From the NCBI GenBank assembly GCA_963693365.1, contig CAVNZM010000111.1:1-7383 (forward strand): a DNA stretch of 7,383 nucleotides, read 5' to 3'. Of the stretch, positions 1 through 7,051 are shown piece by piece. The first letter of the stretch is position 1, and every line of letters begins with the position of its first letter. The position numbers and the translations under genes were made by a program. The stretch comes from Amoebidium appalachense. Its lineage: Eukaryota; Protista; Ichthyosporea. Under the pieces are notes generated by a model. That model saw only the letters and a list, made by a program, of their open reading frames with translations. It was not told the DNA's origin and did no database searches.

Positions 1-28
1 TTCATCTCGCCCCCTCCTCCCTTCTTCT
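1..28 (+). repeat. Left terminal inverted repeat (may extend beyond the window start)
   Basis: TTCATCTCGCCCCCTCCTCCCTTCTTCT. Its reverse complement matches 7169-7197 with one substitution and one extra G. Confidence 0.9.
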
Positions 29-66
29 ATTCTAGGCTTCTGTCACGATATAAGATGGAATTTCCA

Positions 67-480
67 ATCCTAAATACAGAAAATGGCAAATTTCCGGAAA
101 ATCATCAAAATCTGGAAAATTGTCAAAAATCTGGAAAATGTCAAATTTCGGGAGTGACGACCTTGAGATTTGTAATTATAGCAGATCATATTTAGGATTT
201 TATAAGAATCTTAAATTGTAATTAACCTATTTATAAGGGAAAATAAGGGTAAATAATTTAAAAATCCTAAATACAGAAAATGGTAAAATCGATTTTTCGG
301 AGTGACGATCTTGGAAATTGTAATTTTAGTATGCCGTATTTTGGAATTTATAAGAATCTTAAAGAGGTATTAACTGATTTATAAGGTAAAATAAGGGGAA
401 ATAGTTTAAGATTAGGGGTACAGAAGATATCGAAATGTCAATTTTCGGGAGTGACGATCTGGAAAATTGTAATTTTAGCT
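67..480 (+). repeat. Left subterminal tandem array, ~148-149 bp period, about 2.5-3 diverged copies
   Basis: GGAGTGACGA recurs at 151, 299 and 448. TATAAGAATCTTAAA...ATTTATAAGG.AAAATAAGGG recurs in copies 1 and 2. Copy 1 carries extra short AAAATCTGGAAAAT(T)GTC duplications at ~105-145. Confidence 0.85.
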
Positions 481-492
481 GAGCAGGAATTG

Positions 493-531
493 GGTACCTA
501 CGGAAGCCTATGGAACTTTCGCGGTGCTCCA
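493..531 (+). repeat. Conserved 39-bp GC-rich motif, copy 1
   Basis: GGTACCTACGGAAGCCTATGGAACTTTCGCGGTGCTCCA. Confidence 0.9.
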
Positions 532-627
532 AATTATGGATTTTATATGATTCTTAAGGCAAAAAAGAAGAAAGTAAGGAAGTACTATGTTATAGTACTT
601 AATTCTTAGGAAATTTTAAAAGTAGGG

Positions 628-735
628 GCGAGTTGCAAGTCCTAGAGCATAAGTTTCTTAGCGATAAGGCTCTTTAGAGACTCTCACAATCAACTTGTCG
701 ATCGTAGGGATAAAAGCATAAGACTTTTATCTTAG
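628..735 (+). repeat. Dispersed repeat family B (GAGTTGCAAGT.CTAGA / CTTAGCGATAAGGCTC / GAGACTCTCAC / GCATAAGACT modules)
   Basis: The same modules recur at 1252-1275 and 1358-1445 on the plus strand and inverted at 2521-2690. Confidence 0.8.
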
Positions 736-758
736 TGAGAAAGCTCGACTGAGACTCA

Positions 759-911
759 ACCAGAAGGGAGTCGAGAGTATAATTGGGTTAACTACCAGAG
801 GAGAATCAAAAGTCTGATTGGGGGGAATTACGAGAGGCGAGAGTATGATTGGGTGACCTACCTGAGGCGAGTCGAAAGTCTGATTGGGGGAAACTACCAG
901 AGGCGAGTCAA
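759..911 (+). repeat. 35-36 bp tandem array, ~4.5 copies with alternating A/B units
   Basis: Units start at 759, 794, 830, 860 and 896. Consensus is ACCAGAGGCGAGTCGA(GAGTAT|AAGTCT)GATTGGG..... Confidence 0.85.
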
Positions 912-979
912 GGGTAGGTAAATTGGCATTTTTATTACTTTACCTAATCAAAATCGGGGATTTAACCGATCAGGGACTG

Positions 980-1016
980 GGTACCTACGGAAGCCTATGG
1001 AACTTTCGCGGTGCCC
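980..1016 (+). repeat. Conserved 39-bp motif, copy 2 (runs into a poly-C tract at 1014-1023)
   Basis: Identical to copy 1 through ...TTTCGCGGTGC. Confidence 0.9.
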
Positions 1017-1278
1017 CCCCCCCAATTTATGGACTTAATACTATTTATTAGAGCAGGTAATTCCTAAGGGTTAATAAGGTCGTTGTCGTTCCTTTTTATC
1101 TCTTTATACTATTGAGTATCTACAATAGTATACTCTATTAAATATTTATAATCTATTTTTTTTTGTGCGTACCTTGATTCTTATTGAAAGAGGTATCCTT
1201 TAGTTTGTACCTTGGTTCTTATTATTTGCATTAGAGTACTAGACGAGTGGTGGCTCAAGCGAGACTCTCACAATAAAT

Positions 1279-1358
1279 ACCAGAGGCGAGTCGAAAGTCT
1301 GATTGGCGGAATTACCAGAGGGGAGTCGAGAGTATGATGGGATGAATTACGAGAGGCG
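1279..1358 (+). repeat. Second array of the 35-bp family (~2.3 copies), flanked by identical 20-bp direct repeats
   Basis: Units start at 1279, 1314 and 1349. GGCTCAAGCGAGACTCTCAC occurs at 1252-1271 and 1358-1377. Confidence 0.85.
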
Positions 1359-1445
1359 GCTCAAGCGAGACTCTCACGACGAGTTGCAAGTTCTAGACGA
1401 GCTTGTTGTCGTATGAGGACAAGAGCATAAGACTATTTTCTTAGG
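1358..1445 (+). repeat. Repeat family B copy
   Basis: GAGACTCTCAC..GAGTTGCAAGTTCTAGA...TGTCGTATGAGGACAAGAGCATAAGACT; the reverse complement matches 2638-2690. Confidence 0.8.
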
Positions 1446-1476
1446 GAGGAGGCTCTCCAAGATTTAGAATGCCACA

Positions 1477-1645
1477 ATGATTGAATTAGTTGAAAAGAAT
1501 AAAGATGGCATCATTATTATCAGTATCAGTATTAATATGTTTATCTCAACTCGTCCTAGAAATATATATAATGATGTATATTAAAGCAGGTGCCTTTGTA
1601 GGATTATTAATAACAAATTTTTCCCTATCAATTTATATCGAAGTG
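1477..1645 (+). pseudogene. nad6: Probable 5' fragment of mitochondrial NADH dehydrogenase subunit 6
   Basis: ATG at 1477 (MIELVE), then a frameshift into a hydrophobic stretch MASLLSVSVLICLS..YIMMYIKAGAFVGLLITNFSLSIYIEV. This resembles the Nad6 N-terminal helices that end just before (I)VYVGA. The diagnostic motif itself is missing. Confidence 0.4.
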
Positions 1646-1693
1646 ATTGTACCAGATACGGTACTCGGAGACCATCATATTAAAAATATGATC

Positions 1694-2087
1694 ATGACAG
1701 CACATGTATTATCGAATCCCATATCAATTAGTTTTACCAAGTCCATGGCCAATTTACGCCTCTTTAGCAGCATTAGTATTCACAGTAAGTACTGTATGTT
1801 GATTTCATAATTATAAAAATGGAGATATAATGATGATTATCGATTTAGAACCACTTAGTTCCGAGGAGGAAATTCCTTGAATTGTTTGAGTTAGAAATTT
1901 CTCTTGAAGAGAAGAAGTAATGATTCCTTTCAGTGTATCATAAGCTTTATTATTCTTTTTAAATTTATGAGTTTACTTTAATAGCTGCCTTCCTCCTCGG
2001 TTGAATTAGGATTTAGTATCTCAAATTACTATATTCTATTGAAATTAAGGTATTAAAATCCAATACCTCTTAAATACTGCTATTCTT
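1694..2087 (+). pseudogene. cox3: Mitochondrial cytochrome c oxidase subunit 3 pseudogene (5' half, internally deleted and frameshifted)
   Basis: MTAHVLSN / frameshift / PYQLVLPSPWPIYASLAALVFTVSTVCW(TGA 1800)FHNYKNG matches HPYHLV.PSPWP. 1920-1997 reads MIPFSVS*ALLFFLNLW(TGA 1968)VYFNSCLPP, then VELG, matching MILFI.SE..FF...WA.F..SL.P..ELG. 2063-2087 reads IPL/NTAIL, matching PLLNT.IL. Confidence 0.9.
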
Positions 2088-2148
2088 AACTCCATCATCA
2101 CTTCTATTAGGGCCATCAGCATTAGTAAAACAAGGTGCGGTAAGTGGT
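2086..2148 (+). pseudogene. cox1: cox1 exon fragment upstream of a group I intron
   Basis: Translates LTPSSLLLGPSALVKQGAVSG, against the Cox1 consensus LPPSL.LL..S.LVE.GAGTG(WT). It ends in GGT, consistent with the U preceding a group I 5' splice site. Confidence 0.8.
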
Positions 2149-2336
2149 ACTAACATAAATGGTATACTTTAAATTTAGCCATATGTTGAGATGTAACAAT
2201 GGACAATCAGCAGAAAACCAAAATAAATTATATATTTATTAGTAGGATTCTCAGAAACTACAGGCTAAACTAACTATTTCATTATTATATAGAAACGTTT
2301 GGATAAAATATTCTAACTGCGTATAATATTGTATGC
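2149..2336 (+). other. Degenerate ORF-less group I intron (IB-like core) in cox1
   Basis: P-like ATATGTTGAGA at 2181; Q-like GACAATCAGCAG at 2202-2213; R-like CTCAGAAACTACA at 2250-2262 (consensus CTCAGAGACTACA). P3 pairing TTTAGCC (2174-2180) with GGCTAAA (2263-2269). Hairpins at 2222-2240 and 2319-2336. The S element is eroded. Confidence 0.8.
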
Positions 2337-2399
2337 TGTTATCCATTCTTATTCTAATTATAAACTCATTCTGGAGACTTAGTTAATTTAGCTATTTCA
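2337..2399 (+). pseudogene. cox1: cox1 exon fragment downstream of the group I intron
   Basis: The frame from 2340 reads YPFLF*L*THSGDLVNLAIS, against consensus YPPLS..Q.HSG.SVDLAIFS. Confidence 0.85.
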
Positions 2400-2520
2400 A
2401 CACCCATAGATTTTAAGCCTGATACGTTGAAGTACAATAAAAAATCTGTAATGTTGATTAGCCGAAAACCCTAAGTTTTCTACTTCCAGACAGCCTACGC
2501 TGAATGTAACTTTATCATTT

Positions 2521-2690
2521 AGAGTGTCTAAAGAGCCTTATCGCTAAGAAACGTTCTTATGCTCGGATAAATTCTACTTACTCGTACAAGGTGAATTGGT
2601 AATCTGATGATTACAAGAGTCTCTCTTGAGCCTTATCGCTAAGAGAAGAGTCTTATACTCTTGTCCTCATATGACGACAAACTTGTCTTA
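2521..2690 (-). repeat. Repeat family B, inverted copies
   Basis: AGAGTGTCTAAAGAGCCTTATCGCTAAGAAAC is close to the reverse complement of ~653-684. GAGCCTTATCGCTAAGA occurs twice. 2638-2690 matches the reverse complement of ~1395-1445. Confidence 0.85.
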
Positions 2691-3040
2691 TATTTACAAT
2701 CTGATAGCAGTGAATAGACGTTAATGTAATAAAGTGTTGATGTAATGTTCTTTTTGGAACTTGATATAAAGAATATCTTAATTTTGGTATAGGCTAAAAC
2801 AACCTAAAACTTTAAGTACTTTTAATATTAATAACCTTAAATCTACAACAACTCTGGACACAAGTAGCAAGCCTTCTTTAATTTTGCATTTTATGTGTAT
2901 TCACTAGAATATTATTATTATCAACTAAAGGAATATTATTTTTAGTTAGTATTTTACTTCCATTAGTTATATTTGCAGGATCAAAATTTAATTAAGCTCT
3001 CTTTGTTATTTAAACTTATGTATTCATATTCTTTAGCATG

Positions 3041-3088
3041 ATTACTTTTTATAAGTAATAAAATTTTCTCTCCCTCCCTAGTTAAGTA
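3041..3088 (-). pseudogene. Possible LAGLIDADG homing endonuclease C-terminal scrap
   Basis: The minus strand reads YLTREGEKILLLIKSN, resembling the HLT.EG...I..IK..MN tail of intron-encoded LAGLIDADG proteins. It is a short match only. Confidence 0.35.
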
Positions 3089-3110
3089 GTTATTTAATAC
3101 TAACTCTTGT

Positions 3111-3138
3111 TATTACATAATTGGAGATTTACATCATG
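3111..3138 (+). pseudogene. cox1: Possible cox1 scrap (heme-ligand YYVVAHFHYV region) immediately before the group II intron remnant
   Basis: Reads YYIIGDLHH(G), then ATGTAACG, which is GTGCGACG after three G>A or C>T changes. Weak on its own. Confidence 0.3.
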
Positions 3139-4810
3139 ATGTAACGATGCTTGAATTATCTGGGATACCAAATTCATAAGTTAAATTAACTATGTAGTAA
3201 TATAGCTAGGTATAAAAGATGGCAACTTCTAAATTCAAAATATGTAATGCATAGTTAGGTTTCCTTGAGAAATTTGTTCTTATGAGTTCGTACTAGAGTC
3301 TCAGTATAGTCACTGGTTTAAGGGCACTCGCATTAAAGTAGTTATAACTTGAAAGCTCTTTCAGTAGCTGATTGTGGGATGGGAGAACAAGATTAATAGA
3401 TCATTGTATCAGATTGAATAAACGAGTAGTATTAAGGATGGGGATTAGGTTTAAGAGTTCAAACTTCATATGAGATACGAGATGATGATTGAATAGTTAA
3501 TAATGGATTACTAAAAAGTATACCCTTTAGAGGTTTAAGCTACGCCTTGTATGAGAAGAATACTTAACCTTTTTAATGTTATAAAAGTCTAGATAAAGAC
3601 CTTGGTTATAGGGGAGGGAGGGCCTATACTTGTCTTGCGATTTACTTTTACATAGTGAGTAAATAGTTAGGAATGTAAAATAAATCAGCGGATGTTTACA
3701 ATCCATAACAGAGGTTTTTAAGCAAGGAGATATGGGAGACTTCGGGCTATCTATATTGTTGAAAAAGCTGAGGTAGCAGATGAATAGTAATAGCTGGATT
3801 AGATAACTAAAGCAGAAAAGCATATGGAACAGAGAATAATAACGATTATAGTTTGGGAGGTAAACGTGTTAAGGCTTCGGTAAAGGAGTTTAGGGTTAAT
3901 TCTTTGAGAAAGATATTGCTTGCGGGTCTTATTAAACTCGGAGAACTTATCAAAGCAAATGCTAATAACGAATTGCTTATTATTACTAAATTACGTATCA
4001 TTATTAGTAACATGGACATACTTATGACCGCATATTCTGTTAATAAGTCAAAACCTGGTAACTTTACTCCAGGATACAATAGAGGTCTTTTAAATGATAT
4101 TACCCAAAGAGATTTGAGCCCTTAGCCAGAGCCATTGGGTTTAGAACTTTCAGCTTTATACTTTCACGTTATGTTAAAATATCAAAGCCTAAAATAAGAT
4201 TACATCTCAAGGCATTATCTCTCCTGGAAACAAAATTATTTTAAAAACTATGATAATTGTGTTTGAAATCCTCTTAGAGTCCACATTCTTACTACAGTTC
4301 CATGATTTCCATATAGAGAGAGACTGTTATATTGCATTGAAAAGCTAACCCTGTGTACACTAAACTAGTTCTAATAAAAATTCAGACTAATGATGAAAAG
4401 GTTAAGCGTATTCTCATAGCTAAATTGCATACTAAAGGAATTAGAGGTGGCTTAGTCACTAACTCAAACGTTAAAAGAAGCAATTTGTAATATATGCAGA
4501 TAACATTCTTAGCGTTTTCATGGATATTAAAGAAGCTCTTTAAGCTTTCTAGGTTAAAGAACTTAAGTCTCCATTATTAGACGAATAATTTCCCATCACC
4601 TCCCCACGCTAAGGATAAGGAGGCGATGTTTCTTATACCTATGGTAACATTCATACGATACAAAAAGCAAATTATAAAAGCAATCTACGTTAAGAACAAA
4701 CGTGGAGTAGTAAGTTTAATAAAATGCACACACCTGTTAGTTCTTAGCATTAAACTCGTAATGAAATTGTAGGAAAAAGATTATTGTAATAAAGGTAAAA
4801 CTAGAATCTC
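3139..4810 (+). mobile_element. Degenerate group II intron (mitochondrial-lineage, IIA-like); both boundaries uncertain
   Basis: It contains the RT/maturase pseudogene. Upstream CTTCGGGCTATCTA...GAAAAAGCTGAGGTAGCAGATGAATAGTAATAG (~3740-3793) resembles IIA domain III. No recognisable domain V or VI remains. Confidence 0.6.
3853..4810 (+). pseudogene. Group II intron reverse transcriptase/maturase pseudogene
   Basis: RT0: IISNMDILMTAYSVNKSKPGNFTPG...LNDI (cf. AY..IKS.PGNMTPG.D..TLDGI). RT1: FSFILSRYVKISKPK. RT2 at 4211-4345: GIISPGNKIILKTMIIVFEILLESTFLLQFHDFHIERDCYIALKS (cf. GIPSPRDKIVQ...LE..F...SHGFRP.R.CHTAL). KANPVYTKL at 4341. RT5: FVIYADNIL, with YADN at 4493-4504. RT6/7: KELKSPL...IT.../AMFL. 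Domain X: KL*EKDYC at 4764-4787. Multiple frameshifts and stops. Confidence 0.92.
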
Positions 4811-5130
4811 CACTAGCTTAAAGAAGTTTTTGTGCACTTGGAAGAAACTTTGTCGTTAGACAGAAATTTATACTTTTGTTTACAAGACAGATGATTTACC
4901 ATTAAGTTATACTAACTAAAACTGTTCATCCAAGAGCTTGAATTAATAACACTTATATTGGAGAGACCCTAACAGAGTAACTCTGAATATTCAAAGTATT
5001 AAACTAATTTAGTTATAAAGATAATATAAATCTATAAAAGATTCTAAGTATTGAAAAAGTTTTACTGTAATAATAATACAACTTTAGTAGAAAAAGTCAA
5101 ACTTTCATAGGAAGGGTCCAACTAGGTTAG

Positions 5131-5331
5131 GAGAGATAATACACACTTAGGAAAGATCATGCACACTTAGTAAAGATCGTGCACACTTAAGAAAGATATT
5201 ACGCACTTAGAACAAAATCATGTGCATTTAGGAGAGATTCTGCACACTTAGGAAAGATCATGCGCACTTAAGAAAGATCTTGCGCACTTAGGAGAGATTT
5301 TGCACACTTAGAAAAGATCCTGTGCACCTGG
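5131..5331 (+). repeat. 20-bp minisatellite, 10 copies
   Basis: Consensus GAAAGATCWTGCACACTTAG. Units start at 5131, 5151, 5171, 5191, 5211 (21 bp), 5232, 5252, 5272, 5292 and 5312. Confidence 0.95.
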
Positions 5332-5640
5332 AAAGGTACCTTGTGATTTAATAGGAGTCTATACTCTTATCTTAGTATATATACAAATAATATTTATTTC
5401 AATTATCAGTCGCATACTTTACCTATTAAGCTAAATACCTTGAAAATTAGAAGACATTTAAGATTTGAAAATGCAAATTTTTGGTAGGAAGACAAATCTC
5501 ATAACTAAAATATAAGACTATCTGTCTTAATAATAAAGTACTAAACAAATGGTGGTTCTATTGTAACTTAATACGAGCATAGGAATTTAAGATTACTTTA
5601 ACAATCATAACTTGAACCCATAATATCTTAATAGAAAGTA

Positions 5641-6103
5641 ACTCTGTACGTCTTAAATACCCTATCTATTAAGCTACAGGGATAATCAATATTAAAAGGA
5701 GTTACATTAACATGCTTCACCAATTAAGTTTGATGCTTGTAACATATCTCGAATAAGAATTGAATTTATAACATTTACATTGGAAGAGAAAGTAGAATTA
5801 CCGTCGAAACTCTGTACGTCTCAAATATCCTATCTATTGAGCTACAGGGATAATCAATATTAAAAGAAGTTACATTAACATGCTTCACCAATTAAATTTG
5901 ATGCTTGTAACATATCTCAAATAAGAATTGAATTTATAACATTTACATTGGAAAAGAAAGTAGAATTACCGTGGAAACTCTGTACGTCTCAAATACCCTA
6001 TCTATTGAGCTACAGGGGTAATCAATATTAAAAGGAGTTACATTAACATGCTTCACCAAATAAGTTTGATGCTTGTGACATATCTCGAATAAGAATTAAA
6101 TTT
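5641..6103 (+). repeat. 168-bp tandem repeat, ~2.75 near-identical copies
   Basis: ACTCTGTACGTC starts at 5641, 5809 and 5977. Copies differ by only a few substitutions. Confidence 0.97.
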
Positions 6104-6111
6104 CTACTCTA

Positions 6112-6215
6112 CTAAATTACAAAAATGGTAATTCACCCTAATCGGCTAAAATTACAAGAATGACAATTCACCCTGGTTGGCTAAAGTTACAACGATGGCA
6201 ATTCACCCTGATCGG
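6112..6215 (+). repeat. 34-35 bp tandem repeat, 3 copies
   Basis: CTAAA.TTACAA..ATGRYAATTCACCCT..T.GG at 6112, 6146 and 6181. An inverted relative lies at ~917-975 (GGTAAATTGGCATTTTTATTACTTTA; CCGATCAGGG). Confidence 0.9.
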
Positions 6216-6281
6216 GATTTAGGAATTGGATTTTCATCTTATATACTAATAGAAACTAGGTGTAAGAGTAGAGTACAAGTG

Positions 6282-6320
6282 GGTACCTACGGGAATCGAC
6301 GGAACTTTCGCGGTGCTTCA
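6282..6320 (+). repeat. Conserved 39-bp motif, copy 3
   Basis: GGTACCTACGGGAATCGACGGAACTTTCGCGGTGCTTCA. Confidence 0.9.
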
Positions 6321-6534
6321 ACCTACGAATTAGACTTAGGAGTCTAATGGACTAATACGTCTCGACTCAAAAAGTACTTGATTTACTATTAAAGATTATT
6401 ATTAATTCCATAAAGTCCAATTCTTGATCTGCTAAATTTCCGATTACCAAATTCGTTCCTTCTGGATCAAGATTTTTAACAATTTACCATTATCTGTAAA
6501 TAGGATCTTAATTATCATCTTATATACTGAAGCT

Positions 6535-6573
6535 TGGAGCCCCGCGAAAGTTCCGTCGATTTCCGTAGGTACC
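6535..6573 (-). repeat. Conserved 39-bp motif, copy 4
   Basis: Reverse complement reads GGTACCTACGGAAATCGACGGAACTTTCGCGGGGCTCCA. Confidence 0.9.
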
Positions 6574-6588
6574 GAATGATTTGATGCT

Positions 6589-6641
6589 ACTTCTAACATT
6601 GAATAGTTTAATTCAACTTCTAACATTGAATAGTTTAATTC
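6589..6641 (+). repeat. 27-bp perfect tandem duplication
   Basis: ACTTCTAACATTGAATAGTTTAATTC at 6589-6614 and 6616-6641. Confidence 0.95.
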
Positions 6642-6844
6642 TACTCCTTTCTTCCATTTAAGATCTATAATTTGTTAAGCCTCCGATTATCAGAATCGTC
6701 ACGTCTGAATCGAGATTTTCAAAATCGGCTTCTAACCCTATTCCATTTTCCTACTATTGAAGGATTTAATTCAACTCCTAGGGTATTAATAACCTAATAC
6801 TCTATTCTTTCATTGTCTTTAATATTCTTATTAATTGCCTAAAC

Positions 6845-6883
6845 TGGAGCACCGCGAAAGTTCCGTAGATTTCCGTAGGTACC
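6845..6883 (-). repeat. Conserved 39-bp motif, copy 5
   Basis: Reverse complement reads GGTACCTACGGAAATCTACGGAACTTTCGCGGTGCTCCA. Confidence 0.9.
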
Positions 6884-6921
6884 AAATTATAATCTGTTTA
6901 AACTCCAATGGCAGATGCGTC

Positions 6922-7051
6922 ACTTCTGTATTCTGAATTTTAAACTAAATTACCCTTATTTACCCTTATAAATATGTTAATAACAATTTAAGATTTCTAT
7001 TGCATCCAAAAATCCAAGACGGCCACTCGGCAATCCAAGACGGCCACTCGG
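6922..7051 (-). repeat. Right subterminal copy of the ~149-bp family plus a 21-bp tandem duplication
   Basis: The reverse complement of 6922-7012 (ATCTTAAATTGTTATTAACATATTTATAAGGGTAAATAAGGGTAA...AATACAGAAG) aligns to ~190-280. AATCCAAGACGGCCACTCGG occurs at 7011-7030 and 7032-7051 and is a variant of the CGGAGTGACGATCTTGG motif on the minus strand. Confidence 0.85.

Noticed and set aside
759-911. CRISPR array (also considered for 5131-5331 and 6112-6215)
   Set aside because: Units are head-to-tail with no unique spacers, and no cas genes are present.
1490-1810. 106-aa ORF as a real gene
   Set aside because: It is a chance fusion of a nad6-like scrap with cox3. The conserved cox3 motif PSPWP is in a different frame.
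2400-2475. tRNA-Leu(TAA) anticodon arm on the minus strand (AGATTTTAAGCCT) or a second group I intron scrap
   Set aside because: No D/T arms or acceptor stem, and no complete P/Q/R set. Too short to call.
2745-2815. LAGLIDADG-like scrap FFLELDIKNILIL on the plus strand
   Set aside because: It resembles F.IELH.KD..LL but is short, lacks the LAGLIDADG helix and is flanked by stops.
3440-3475. tRNA T-loop-like GAGTTCAAAC
   Set aside because: No cloverleaf can be formed around it.
3527-3823. 98-aa minus-strand ORF
   Set aside because: No recognisable motif, and it is antisense to the presumed group II intron RNA domains.
3846-4079. 77-aa minus-strand ORF
   Set aside because: It is the antisense shadow of the RT0-coding frame.
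4915-4975. WINNTYIGETL as a GIY-YIG or HNH-end remnant
   Set aside because: It is a single short motif with no supporting upstream residues.
5401-5630. Second RT remnant (TNGG...LEPII)
   Set aside because: It only loosely resembles RT1-2 and has many stops. A profile-HMM search would be needed.
6444-6626. 60-aa minus-strand ORF
   Set aside because: It is made of the 27-bp duplication, motif copy 4 and a relic terminus.
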